A stretch of DNA of 64,000 nucleotides from assembly GCF_902806285.1 (NCBI RefSeq), contig NZ_CADCWA010000057.1, forward strand, positions 11,079 to 75,078, read 5' to 3'. This document shows, piece by piece, positions 10,025 to 18,086 of the stretch; the first letter of the stretch is position 1, and each line of letters opens with the position of its first letter. Under the pieces are notes generated by a model, which was not told the origin of the DNA, ran no database searches, and was given only the letters and a program-made list of their open reading frames with translations. Source of the DNA: an uncultured Sphingomonas sp. (GTDB lineage Bacteria > Pseudomonadota > Alphaproteobacteria > Sphingomonadales > Sphingomonadaceae). A program made the translations under genes and the position numbers.

Positions 10025-10522
10025 ATGCCCGACGCGATCACGCTGTTGAAGGACGACCATCGCAAGGTCGAGGACCTGTTCGCCGAGTTCCAGAAAGCGG
10101 AAGGCGACGGGCAGAAGCAGAAGCTGGCCGAGCAGATCTGCGCGGAGCTGATCGTTCACACGGCGATCGAAGAGGAAATCTTCTATCCGGCGTGCGAAGG
10201 CAAGGTCGACGAGGACGACGTGAAGGAAGCCTATGTCGAGCATGATGCGGCCAAGGTGCTGATCGCGCAGATCGCCGGCGGCGGGCCGGACGACGAGTTC
10301 TACGAGGCCAAGGTCAAGGTGCTGCAGGAAGAGATCGAGCACCACGTCAAGGAAGAGGAAGGCCGGCTGAACGGCATCTTCGCCCAGGCCCGCCGCCATG
10401 GCGTCGACATGGACGCGCTCGGTGACGAGCTGGCGGAGCGCAAGGACGAGCTGATGGCGGGGATCGAGAAGAACGGCCTGCCCAAGCCCAAGCTCGCCAC
10501 CATGGACGATGTGAAGCTCTGA
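10025..10522 (+). CDS. Hemerythrin HHE cation-binding domain protein
   Basis: LKDDHRKV, H..IEEEIFYP, EH, HHVKEEE; AGGAG RBS. Confidence 0.9.
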   Translation: MPDAITLLKDDHRKVEDLFAEFQKAEGDGQKQKLAEQICAELIVHTAIEEEIFYPACEGKVDEDDVKEAYVEHDAAKVLIAQIAGGGPDDEFYEAKVKVLQEEIEHHVKEEEGRLNGIFAQARRHGVDMDALGDELAERKDELMAGIEKNGLPKPKLATMDDVKL

Positions 10523-10915
10523 TCAGGAGGCGACGGGCTCCAGGTCCGGGTTGGTCCACAGGTAAACCACCGGCACTGCCGCAAGCAGCAGGGCGAGCGG
10601 CGCGGCGATCATCGCTGCCGGCGCGGTGATCAGAAGAACGGCAAGCGGCGCCGCAAGGGCGATCAGCCCGACCAAGACCAGCGATCCGGAGGTTGCCGCC
10701 GCCGTTTGCGGGAGGCGTGAGCGGTCGTGGAACAGCTCCGTGAGCCGGGCGACCGTCTGGCTGGCGGTGCGCCGGCAGATGGCGGGTATCAGCGCATGCA
10801 GCATGCAGGCGAGGCCCGCGCCGATCAGCATGGCACCGACCAGCGCCGCAAACAGGAGGTGCTGGCGATAGCTTTCCCCCGCTTCCGTCAGGTGACGGCG
10901 TGAATCGACCAGCAT
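10523..10915 (-). CDS. Small membrane protein (DUF6356-like N-terminus)
   Basis: HL..AGESY.QH..FA...ACMLHALIP pattern plus extra TM helices. Confidence 0.65.
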   Translation of the reverse strand: MLVDSRRHLTEAGESYRQHLLFAALVGAMLIGAGLACMLHALIPAICRRTASQTVARLTELFHDRSRLPQTAAATSGSLVLVGLIALAAPLAVLLITAPAAMIAAPLALLLAAVPVVYLWTNPDLEPVAS

Positions 10916-11092
10916 CTGCCTACTTTCGAAAACCCGCAGGCAAGGTGCCGCATGACTCGGCAGCTCCGCAAGAGCCTTAACCCCGGCTTCGGCTTGCGAG
11001 TGGAGCGGCTCGTCCGCGACGCGCGGGTCATCGCATCAAGCGGGAGCCGCCCAGTCGCTAAACTGGACGGCTATCAGCGGGCGCGCGGCAGC

Positions 11093-11638
11093 TCAGGCGG
11101 CAATCAGAACCGGAGTTCCGACCTGCGTCATCGCATAAAGCCTAGCCGCGAAGGCCTTGGGCAGGCGGACGCAGCCCTTGCTGGCCGGTTCGCCGGGGTT
11201 GAAGCCGGCGTGCAGCGCGATGCCGTAGTCGTCCAGCCGCTGCATGTGGGGCATGGACGCATTGTCGTACTTGCGGCTGAAATGGATCGGCTTCTTCTCT
11301 TTGATTGGGAAGATGCCGGTGGGCGTGTCCTTGCCGGGCTTTCCGCTCGAGATGGTCGACATGCCGACCAGCCGGTCGCCGCGATAGACGTAGGCCATCT
11401 GGTCGGCGAGGCTGATTACCACCCGCGGCGGCCCTGAGCCTAGGTCCTTGGCCCAGAGATACTGGTTGGGGGCCAGCGCCTTGGGCCCGAACACGTCCAG
11501 CATGTCCCAGCGCGCGGTGTCGGCGGCGCTGGCGGCTTCGAACTTGGCTTCCTCCGTCTCGATCGCGGCCGTGGCGGCGGTGGGAACCGACAGGGCGAAC
11601 AGGCCCGATGCCGCCAGCGCAACTGCTAGCTTCCTCAT
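11093..11638 (-). CDS. L,D-transpeptidase (YkuD) family protein
   Basis: Signal peptide, ISSGKPG..TPTG, GIALHAG...ASKGCVRL. Confidence 0.9.
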   Translation of the reverse strand: MRKLAVALAASGLFALSVPTAATAAIETEEAKFEAASAADTARWDMLDVFGPKALAPNQYLWAKDLGSGPPRVVISLADQMAYVYRGDRLVGMSTISSGKPGKDTPTGIFPIKEKKPIHFSRKYDNASMPHMQRLDDYGIALHAGFNPGEPASKGCVRLPKAFAARLYAMTQVGTPVLIAA

Positions 11639-11679
11639 AACGCAACTCGTTTTCCTGTTGACTTCTCTTCAAGGCTTTA

Positions 11680-11704
11680 AACGAGCAATAAAAAGAGCGG
11701 TTCC
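11680..11704 (-). promoter_or_regulatory. EcfG-type promoter
   Basis: Minus strand GGAAC-N16-CGTT upstream of the L,D-transpeptidase gene. Confidence 0.6.
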
Positions 11705-11725
11705 CAGGTGAGTCGCTGACGAAAG

Positions 11726-11968
11726 CTAGGCGTGCGCGACCAGGAACTTGCCGAGGTCGTCCGAGCCGCCGATCAGCTTGCCGTCAACCCAGATGAGCGG
11801 GGTGGTGCCGACGCCATGCTCTTCCTTGAACGCATCGACCTCCTCGCGGCTGCCGAGGATGTGCTCCTCGACCTCGAAGTTCGCGTCCTCCAGCATCTGC
11901 TTGGCGCGGCGGCCGAACGGGCATTCATGGTCGGGCAGGACCATTCGGTAGAGGGTGGCTTGCGGCAT
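11726..11968 (-). CDS. Glutaredoxin-like protein
   Basis: LYRMVLPDHECPFG...TTPLIWVDGKLIGGSDDL; AAGGAG RBS. Confidence 0.85.
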   Translation of the reverse strand: MPQATLYRMVLPDHECPFGRRAKQMLEDANFEVEEHILGSREEVDAFKEEHGVGTTPLIWVDGKLIGGSDDLGKFLVAHA

Positions 11969-12065
11969 GGCTACGTCTCCTTCGCTGTGGGAGTCAGCGC
12001 TTCGGCCACCGCCGGGTTCCAGCGGCCAAGTGACAGGGCGGGGCCCGCCGTCTAACGGCTGGGGC

Positions 12066-13079
12066 ATGAGCGAGACCGACCCGCCGCCCAGCCCGTTCGC
12101 AGACCCGCGGTTCGGCTTCATCGTCGGCGCGCCTAGGAGCGGAACCACCTCGCTCGCCCGCTGGCTGCGCACCCACCCCGAGGTGTGCTTCTCCTCCACC
12201 AAGGAGCCGCATTACTTCGCCCAGGTCGATCTGCGCGGGGCGGACGAGACGGCGCTGCGGGCGCGGGTGGAGCGGGAATATCTCGAGCGCTTCTTTGCCG
12301 GGTGCGAACCCGGCAAGCTGAAGATGGAAGGGTCGGTCACCTACCTTTACGCCGCCGAGCAGGTGGCGGCGGTGTTGCGGCTGTGGCCCGAGACGCGGTT
12401 CATCATCTGCGTCCGCGATCCGCTGGCGATGATCCCGTCCCTGCACCAGCGACTGCTCTACCTCGGCGACGAGACGGTGGAGGATTTCGCCACGGCCTGG
12501 GCGCTGCGCCACCGGCGCGCGAGGGGCGAAGCCATCCCCCGCAGCTGCGTTGAGCCGCGCTGGCTCCGCTACGACGAGGGCGGGCGGCTGGGCACTCACC
12601 TGGAGCATTTCTTCGCGGCGGTCGGGCGGGAGCGGTGCCATGTGGTGGTGTTCGACGACCTGGCCGCCGACCCGGCGGAGGAGTATGCCAAAGTGCTGCG
12701 CTTCCTCGGCCTGCCCGATGACGGCCGCACCGATTTCTCCACCGCGCGTGCCGGCTATGCGTATCGCATCGGCTGGCTGCAGCGGCTGCTCAAGCGCCCG
12801 CCGGTGCTCACCCGGCGGGCCCTGGCGGGCTCGGCCATGCGCGAGCATCTGAAGGCGCCGGACGAGGGTGGGTCCAAACCGAAAGCCGGCAAGCAGCCGA
12901 GCCGGGTCATGCGCGCCCGCAAGCGCCTGCTCCGGTGGAACCGCGTGCCGGCCCGCAAGACGCAGGTGCCGCCGGAGATCGTCGCCGAGTTCCAATGGCT
13001 GTACGCAGGGGAGGTCGAGAAGCTGGAGCGGCTGCTGGGACGGAAGCTGAGCCATTGGCTCGGCCGCGGGCAGCGCTAG
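12066..13079 (+). CDS. Sulfotransferase family protein
   Basis: PAPS-binding FIVGAPRSGTTSL, KEPHYF, VRDP motifs. Confidence 0.88.
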   Translation: MSETDPPPSPFADPRFGFIVGAPRSGTTSLARWLRTHPEVCFSSTKEPHYFAQVDLRGADETALRARVEREYLERFFAGCEPGKLKMEGSVTYLYAAEQVAAVLRLWPETRFIICVRDPLAMIPSLHQRLLYLGDETVEDFATAWALRHRRARGEAIPRSCVEPRWLRYDEGGRLGTHLEHFFAAVGRERCHVVVFDDLAADPAEEYAKVLRFLGLPDDGRTDFSTARAGYAYRIGWLQRLLKRPPVLTRRALAGSAMREHLKAPDEGGSKPKAGKQPSRVMRARKRLLRWNRVPARKTQVPPEIVAEFQWLYAGEVEKLERLLGRKLSHWLGRGQR

Positions 13080-13576
13080 GCGGAGGCAAGTTCCGCCAAT
13101 TTCGCAACCGTGTTCATGTTGCGCGCCGTGCCCGTGCTCGCCGCCGGGATCATGAGGCGACTGCGCCCCATGCCTTCGGGGTAGTGGACGAAGATCTCGC
13201 GGGAGCCGAGGGCGATCTCTTCGACGGTGCGGTGCTTGTGGTTGGTGAGGGTGTCAGTCGGCGGGGCGGTGTCGAGGAAGGTGGCGTAGACGCGGTTGCC
13301 GGGGGCTTGGGCGAAGGGGTTGGCGGCGGCGGTGGCGGTCAGTTCCTCGGCGGTGCGGAGGGTGAGGGTGACGGGCTTGGCCGTGTTCTCGGTCAGGCGG
13401 GTCTCGAGCAGGCGCTTGACCTCGGCGTCGGGCAGGTCGCCGTCGAACAGGAGGTTGCCGCTGGCGATGTAGGTGCGCGGGTTCGCGAGGCCGAGCTCGG
13501 CGGCGATGCGGCGCAGGTCGCCCATCTGCAGGGCGATGCCGGCGTTGATCGCGCGGAGGAGGGCTACGCGGGTCAT
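13076..13576 (-). CDS. DUF1697 family protein
   Basis: VALLRAIN, TYIASGNLLF, GTARNMNTV. Confidence 0.88.
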   Translation of the reverse strand: MTRVALLRAINAGIALQMGDLRRIAAELGLANPRTYIASGNLLFDGDLPDAEVKRLLETRLTENTAKPVTLTLRTAEELTATAAANPFAQAPGNRVYATFLDTAPPTDTLTNHKHRTVEEIALGSREIFVHYPEGMGRSRLMIPAASTGTARNMNTVAKLAELASA

Positions 13577-13595
13577 TGGGCGGCGGTGTTGGCGA

Positions 13596-14087
13596 TCAGC
13601 GCAACGCCGCTTCCAGTTGGGCCTTGCTCATCTTGGAGCGGCCCTTGATGCCCTGCTTGCGCGCCTGTTCCAGGAGATCGGCCTTGGTGCCGCCGGTGCG
13701 GGCCCGTGTGACCTTCTTCGCGACGTCCGCGGGCTGGGCGGAGAACTGCTTGCCCCGCCTCCTGTCGGCGCGCTTCTTGGCGGTGGTGCGCTTATATTCC
13801 TCGTCGCTGAGCGCCTCGCGGGCGGCCTTGGGGAGGTAGCGCTCGCCGGTCTCGCCGCTTTCCTTGCCGGACTTGGTGCCCCAGTCCTCGCGGGTCCATT
13901 CAACCAGGTGGTTGTGGGGGTCCTTCTTGCCGCGGTAGCTGCCGCCGGCCTTCTTGTACTCGGCGACCGCGAGCTGGGCCTTGCGGGCCGACCATTCCCC
14001 CGGATCGCCCCCCTTGTCGCCGGCGGTGACGCGCTGCTTGATCTTCTCCCAGAGCTCCGGGTCGGTCTTCTCGGCGGTCTCGGACAT
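13596..14087 (-). CDS. Basic stress-associated hypothetical protein with Rho-N-like C-terminal HEH motif
   Basis: GEWSARKAQL..YK..GG.Y, W..EDWGTKSG, ERYLPK; C-terminal GIKGRSKMSKAQL. Confidence 0.8.
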   Translation of the reverse strand: MSETAEKTDPELWEKIKQRVTAGDKGGDPGEWSARKAQLAVAEYKKAGGSYRGKKDPHNHLVEWTREDWGTKSGKESGETGERYLPKAAREALSDEEYKRTTAKKRADRRRGKQFSAQPADVAKKVTRARTGGTKADLLEQARKQGIKGRSKMSKAQLEAALR

Positions 14088-14095
14088 GGGGGCGT

Positions 14096-14120
14096 AACCG
14101 GCTGGGCGGGGCGGGGTTCC
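14096..14120 (-). promoter_or_regulatory. EcfG-type promoter
   Basis: Minus strand GGAAC-N16-GGTT immediately upstream of ATG 14087 (possibly leaderless transcript). Confidence 0.55.
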
Positions 14121-14163
14121 TGTGGTTGATCCCCCGCCAGTGAAAGCTCGCTCGCAGGTCCGC

Positions 14164-14379
14164 CTAGGCGGCCCTGAGCGCCTTAAAGGGCAAGTCCGAC
14201 GTCTCGAGTGACGACAGGTCGAGGCGTTGCGAGGCCTGATCGATGTCGATGCCCACGATCCCGCCATCAGCGTCGAAGTCGACGTTGACCTGCTCGGTCA
14301 GAGCGCGGGTTTCCGCACTGTCGGCGCTGGACAGTTCGATGTAGAGGCTGTCGGTCTCGGGGTAATAGTGCAGCTTCAT
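14164..14379 (-). CDS. DUF2283 family protein (putative antitoxin)
   Basis: MKLHYYPETDSLYIEL...VDFDADGGIVGIDI pattern; ATGA overlap with the upstream gene. Confidence 0.85.
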   Translation of the reverse strand: MKLHYYPETDSLYIELSSADSAETRALTEQVNVDFDADGGIVGIDIDQASQRLDLSSLETSDLPFKALRAA

Positions 14380-14624
14380 GCCTTGGCCTCCTTGAAGTCG
14401 CGGTCGAAGAAGGCGTTGTGCACCGTCTCGCCATCGTCCAGCGTCACGACCCGCAGGATATAACGCTTGCCGTCCTCCCGCTCAACGCGCCCCCATAAGC
14501 GAATGCGTCCGTCAGGCTGCTCGGATCGCGCCAGCGATTGTTCGAGCACGGCTGCAATCCAATCCCGCTGCAGGTAGGGGCGTTTGCGGATCACCTGCTG
14601 TTCGAAGTAGCGGGTGGTCTTCAA
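14376..14624 (-). CDS. Putative RelE/DUF4258-like toxin partner of DUF2283
   Basis: MKTTRYFEQQVIRKRPY...QPDGRIRLWG...LRVVTLDDGETVHNAFFDR; TTG start at 14624 (GTG 14636 also possible). Confidence 0.7.
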   Translation of the reverse strand: MKTTRYFEQQVIRKRPYLQRDWIAAVLEQSLARSEQPDGRIRLWGRVEREDGKRYILRVVTLDDGETVHNAFFDRDFKEAKA

Positions 14625-14625
14625 G

Positions 14626-14847
14626 TCAGCCCACACTCACAAAAGAGTCGAGAACGCGCTTCCGCCCGGCGTGCTCGAAGTCGATCTCCAGCTTGTTGCC
14701 TTCGATCTGGGCGATGGTGCCGTAGCCGAACTTGCCGTGGAACACGCGCTGGCCGAGCTGGAGGTCGGTACGGCCGCGGTTGCCGAGGGAGACGGCGGGA
14801 GCGCGGGCTTCGGCGGGTGGGGTGCGGTACGCGTCGGTGAGACTCAC
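14626..14847 (-). CDS. Detached UvrD/PcrA C-terminal Tudor-like domain (out of frame with the helicase core)
   Basis: LGQRVFHGKFGYGTIAQIEGNKLEIDFEHAGRKRVLDSFV is the typical alphaproteobacterial UvrD C-terminus; GTG at 14847 has GGGAGG 6 nt upstream. Confidence 0.6.
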   Translation of the reverse strand: MSLTDAYRTPPAEARAPAVSLGNRGRTDLQLGQRVFHGKFGYGTIAQIEGNKLEIDFEHAGRKRVLDSFVSVG

Positions 14848-14893
14848 CCTCACCCTCCCACTGCCTGCGGCAGCGGGCCCCTCCCTCTCCCGC
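14843..14893. repeat. Half of a CIR/REP-like palindromic element in the uvrD linker
   Basis: CCCTCACCCTCCCACTGCCTGCGGCAGCGGGCCCCTCCCTCTCCCGC resembles sphingomonad/caulobacter intergenic repeat arms. Confidence 0.6.
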
Positions 14894-17123
14894 ACGCGCC
14901 GTAGGCGAGGTGGGCGAAGGGGTCCTCGCGCTCGCTCCACTGGGCGCGCCACAGGGATTCGCCGCCGGTCATGGTGGTTTCGCTCTCGATGTGTTCGTCA
15001 GGGAGTTCGGCGACGAAGCGGCTGGGGATGGAACTGGTCCACTGGCCGTAGATGCGGCGGTTGGCGGCGTGGAGGATGGTGGCGCGGCGGCGGGCGCGGG
15101 TGATGGCGACGTAGGCGAGGCGGCGCTCCTCCTCGAGGGACGCGAGGCCGCCTTCGTCCAGCGCGCGCTGCGAGGGGAACACGCCTTCCTCCCAGCCTGC
15201 GAGGTAGACGAGGGGGAACTCCAGGCCCTTGGCGGCGTGGATGGTCATCACCGTGACCTTCTCGCCGGAGCGATTGGCGTCGTTGTCCATGACCAGGCTG
15301 ACGTGCTCGAGGAAGGCGGAAAGGGACTCGTATTCTTCCATCGCGCGGGCGAGTTCGGCGAGGTTTTCGAGGCGGCCGGCGGACTCGGCGGAGCGCTCGG
15401 CCTGGAGGGCGGCGGTGTAGCCGGATTCTTCGAGGATCAGGCGGGCGAGTTCGGCGTGGGGGGCGGTGCGCTGGCCCTTGGTGAACTCTTCCGCGGCGGC
15501 GAGGATGCCGGAGCTATTCCCCCCTAGGGGAGAGGCGCGACGCGCCGGAGGGGTGTTGACCGACCCCTCTGTCGGCTGCGCCGACATGAAGGGGTCGGCA
15601 TGTCTCCCGGACATGCCTTGACCTTCCGGGGGAAGGTCAACCCCTTCATCCCCCAAGGGGGAGTAGCTGTTCTGGTGCATCTCCCTCCATCTCGCGAAGT
15701 CGCTGACGAAGCGGCCGAGCGACCTGCGCGCTTGGGGCGTAAGCTCGTCGCTGCCGAGCATCTCCGCGGCGGCGAGCAGCAGGGGGAGGCGGGCGGCGCG
15801 GGCGTGGCGGTGGATGGCGGCAACCGCCTTGTCGCCGAGGCCGCGCTTGGGCGTGTTGACGATGCGCTCGAAGGCGAGGTCGTCGGCGGGGCTCTGGACG
15901 AGGCGAAGGTAGGCAAGGGCGTCGCGGATCTCGGCGCGCTCGTAGAAGCGATAACCTCCGACGATCTGGTAGGGCAGGCCGATGGCGATGAAGCGTTCTT
16001 CGAACTCGCGGGTCTGGAACTGGGCGCGGACCAGGATGGCGACGTCGTTCAACGAGCCGCCGTTGCGCTGGTGCGTCTCCACCTCTTCGCCGACGCGGCG
16101 GGCCTCCTCCGGACCGTCCCACACGCCGACCACCTGGACCTTGTCGCCGGCGTCGAGCTCGGTCCACAGCGTCTTGCCGAGGCGGCCCGAGTTGTTGGCG
16201 ATGAGGCCGGAGGCGGCGCCGAGGATGTGCGGGGTGGAGCGGTAGTTCTGTTCCAGCCGGATCACGGCGGCGCCGGGAAAGTCGCGCTCGAAGCGGAGGA
16301 TGTTGGCGACCTCCGCGCCGCGCCACGAGTAGATCGACTGGTCGTCGTCACCGACGCAGCACAGGTTGCGGCGCGGCTCGGCGAGGAGCTTCAGCCACTC
16401 GTACTGGACGGCGTTGGTGTCCTGATATTCGTCGACCAGCAGGTAGCGGAAGCGCTCGCGGTATTGCGCGAGGACCTCGGGCTGCGTGCGGAAGATGGTC
16501 AGCATGTGCAGCAGCAAGTCGCCGAAATCGCAGGCGTTGAGGGTGCGGAGGCGCTCCTGATACTGGGCGTAGAGCTCGCCGCCGCGGCCGTTGGCGAAGG
16601 CTTCGGACTCGCCGGCGTCGACGTCCTGCGGGTTCCAGCCCTTGTTCTTCCACCGGTCGATGCAGCCGGCGAGCTGCCGCGCGGGCCAGCGCTTCTCGTC
16701 GAGGTCGGCGGCGGCGATCAGCTGCTTGAGGACCCGCAGCTGGTCGTCGGTGTCGAGAATGGTGAAATTGCTCTGCAGCCCGGCCAGCTCGGCATGGATG
16801 CGGAGCATCTTGGCGGCGACCGAGTGGAAGGTCCCGAGCCAGGGCATCCCTTCCACCGCCCCGCCGGTGATGTGGGCTATCCGCTCCTTCATCTCGCGCG
16901 CGGCCCGGTTGGTGAAGGTGACGGCGAGGATCTGGCTCGGCCAGGCGCGGCGGGTGGCGAGCAGGTGGGCGAGGCGGGCCGTCAGCGCGGCGGTCTTGCC
17001 CGTGCCGGCGCCGGCGAGCATCAGCACGGGCCCCTCGGTGGTGAGCACCGCCTCGCGCTGGGGCGGGTTCAGGCCATGGAGATAGGCGGGCTCGGGCTGG
17101 GGGAGGGTGGCGGCTTCGGACAC
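14850..17123 (-). CDS. uvrD: UvrD/PcrA SF1 DNA helicase core (in-frame repeat insertion; premature stop before the Tudor domain)
   Basis: LAGAGTGKT, VTFTNRAA, VDEYQDTN, VGDDDQSIY.WRGA, LEQNYRS, TIHAAKGLEF, EERRLAYVAITRA; GTG start at 17123. Confidence 0.93.
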   Translation of the reverse strand: MSEAATLPQPEPAYLHGLNPPQREAVLTTEGPVLMLAGAGTGKTAALTARLAHLLATRRAWPSQILAVTFTNRAAREMKERIAHITGGAVEGMPWLGTFHSVAAKMLRIHAELAGLQSNFTILDTDDQLRVLKQLIAAADLDEKRWPARQLAGCIDRWKNKGWNPQDVDAGESEAFANGRGGELYAQYQERLRTLNACDFGDLLLHMLTIFRTQPEVLAQYRERFRYLLVDEYQDTNAVQYEWLKLLAEPRRNLCCVGDDDQSIYSWRGAEVANILRFERDFPGAAVIRLEQNYRSTPHILGAASGLIANNSGRLGKTLWTELDAGDKVQVVGVWDGPEEARRVGEEVETHQRNGGSLNDVAILVRAQFQTREFEERFIAIGLPYQIVGGYRFYERAEIRDALAYLRLVQSPADDLAFERIVNTPKRGLGDKAVAAIHRHARAARLPLLLAAAEMLGSDELTPQARRSLGRFVSDFARWREMHQNSYSPLGDEGVDLPPEGQGMSGRHADPFMSAQPTEGSVNTPPARRASPLGGNSSGILAAAEEFTKGQRTAPHAELARLILEESGYTAALQAERSAESAGRLENLAELARAMEEYESLSAFLEHVSLVMDNDANRSGEKVTVMTIHAAKGLEFPLVYLAGWEEGVFPSQRALDEGGLASLEEERRLAYVAITRARRRATILHAANRRIYGQWTSSIPSRFVAELPDEHIESETTMTGGESLWRAQWSEREDPFAHLAYGACGRGRGPLPQAVGG
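15512..15668. mobile_element. Family A palindromic element inserted in frame in uvrD
   Basis: AGCT at both ends; arms similar to 58799-58896; extra nested hairpins; 157-4=153 nt = 51 codons. Confidence 0.85.
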
Positions 17124-17236
17124 CCGGACAGAGGTAGGCCGGGCGGAACGGAACGGCAACAGCAGCAGTAACGGCGGAAGCGGGCAGTTACCCTCCAAAT
17201 CCCCGCTATCCACAGGGCTCGCGCTGCTGAATCCGC

Positions 17237-17265
17237 TTGGTGCGACTCGCCCCGAGCGTCATTCT
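17237..17265 (+). promoter_or_regulatory. Putative sigma70 promoter of the candidate large ncRNA
   Basis: TTGGTG-N17-CATTCT, predicting +1 near 17271. Confidence 0.45.
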
Positions 17266-17270
17266 CTCTA

Positions 17271-17908
17271 GGTGATCGGGGGCGACAGCCCCGGCCGGAA
17301 ACCTCCGGAGCCCGCAAGGGTGAGGGGGAGACCGGACGAGGCGAGAACTCCCGATCTCCGCCGGCAGGCGCCCGAACTGGATCGGTGAAGGCACGCGACC
17401 CCAGGTAGCGACCGTCGCTGAACTTTCGGGAGCATGGCAGGCGAAAGGCGCCGGAAGAGATGATCTCTCTCGTGCGGCATGCGAGGCTTCGCCTTCGGGC
17501 GCGGCCGGTGCGGCTGGAACGAGCGGTCATCCCAAGAAGGGCCGCGGAACGGAAGGCACTCGGTGGCGGTCGCAGGACCGACGCCCGGTCCGAAGTCCGG
17601 CCGGCGATGCCTTCTTCCCACGGGAAGACGGCAACGGCGGGAGGATGGAGGACAGCCGAAGCGAGGCTCGGCCGGAAGGCGGGCAGAAGCGATGGCGGAG
17701 CCGGCGGTAAGGATCGGACCTCGAGAGGGGGTCGGACGACCAGCCGGGGAGAAGGGCTCCCGATGAGGGAGCAGGGTCTTTCGAGATGCGACGCCTGAGC
17801 TGGTAGGCCAGGATCGTAGCCGGGTTCCGCACGGAACCAGGCGCGCGAACACCGGCAGATCCGAGGCTCGGCGCAGTGGGGGCTGGCAGCAATGCCGGCC
17901 CCCATTTC
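17271..17908 (+). ncRNA. Candidate large (~635 nt) structured noncoding RNA, class unassigned
   Basis: No credible ORF; dense hairpins with GCAA/GAGA/UUCG/CACG tetraloops; several nested long-range helices; purine-rich linkers; upstream promoter-like motif and terminal hairpin. Confidence 0.7.
17877..17908 (+). terminator. Terminal hairpin/intrinsic terminator of the candidate ncRNA
   Basis: TGGGGGCTGGCA-GCAA-TGCCGGCCCCCA followed by TTTC. Confidence 0.65.
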
Positions 17909-18086
17909 GCATGTATGGCCTCATGCAGCGCGACCAAACCGGATCGTGGGTGCGAGCAGAGCAGGCGGCTCTTCTATGCGTTCGCATTAAGACACCAAGA
18001 AGCCCATGCCCCGCCATGATGTAAGATGTTAACGTGAGTGGGCGACGTAAGATCGCTTAAAGTCCGCATCCGCCTGTGGTGATTTC

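Noticed and set aside
10920-11090. Possible structured leader RNA upstream of the DUF6356-like gene
   Set aside because: Only one clear hairpin, best explained as the terminator of the L,D-transpeptidase gene; no recognisable riboswitch motif
17271-17908. Identification as RNase P RNA, group II intron or riboswitch
   Set aside because: No GAGGAAAGUCC/P4 signature and no domain V/GUGYG ends were seen, it does not interrupt a gene, and it is much longer than a typical riboswitch; a formal Rfam search is still needed
17069-18017. Several 95-278 aa ORFs over the candidate ncRNA
   Set aside because: Low-complexity R/P/S/G translations without recognisable domains or consistent codon bias; RNA structure explains the region better
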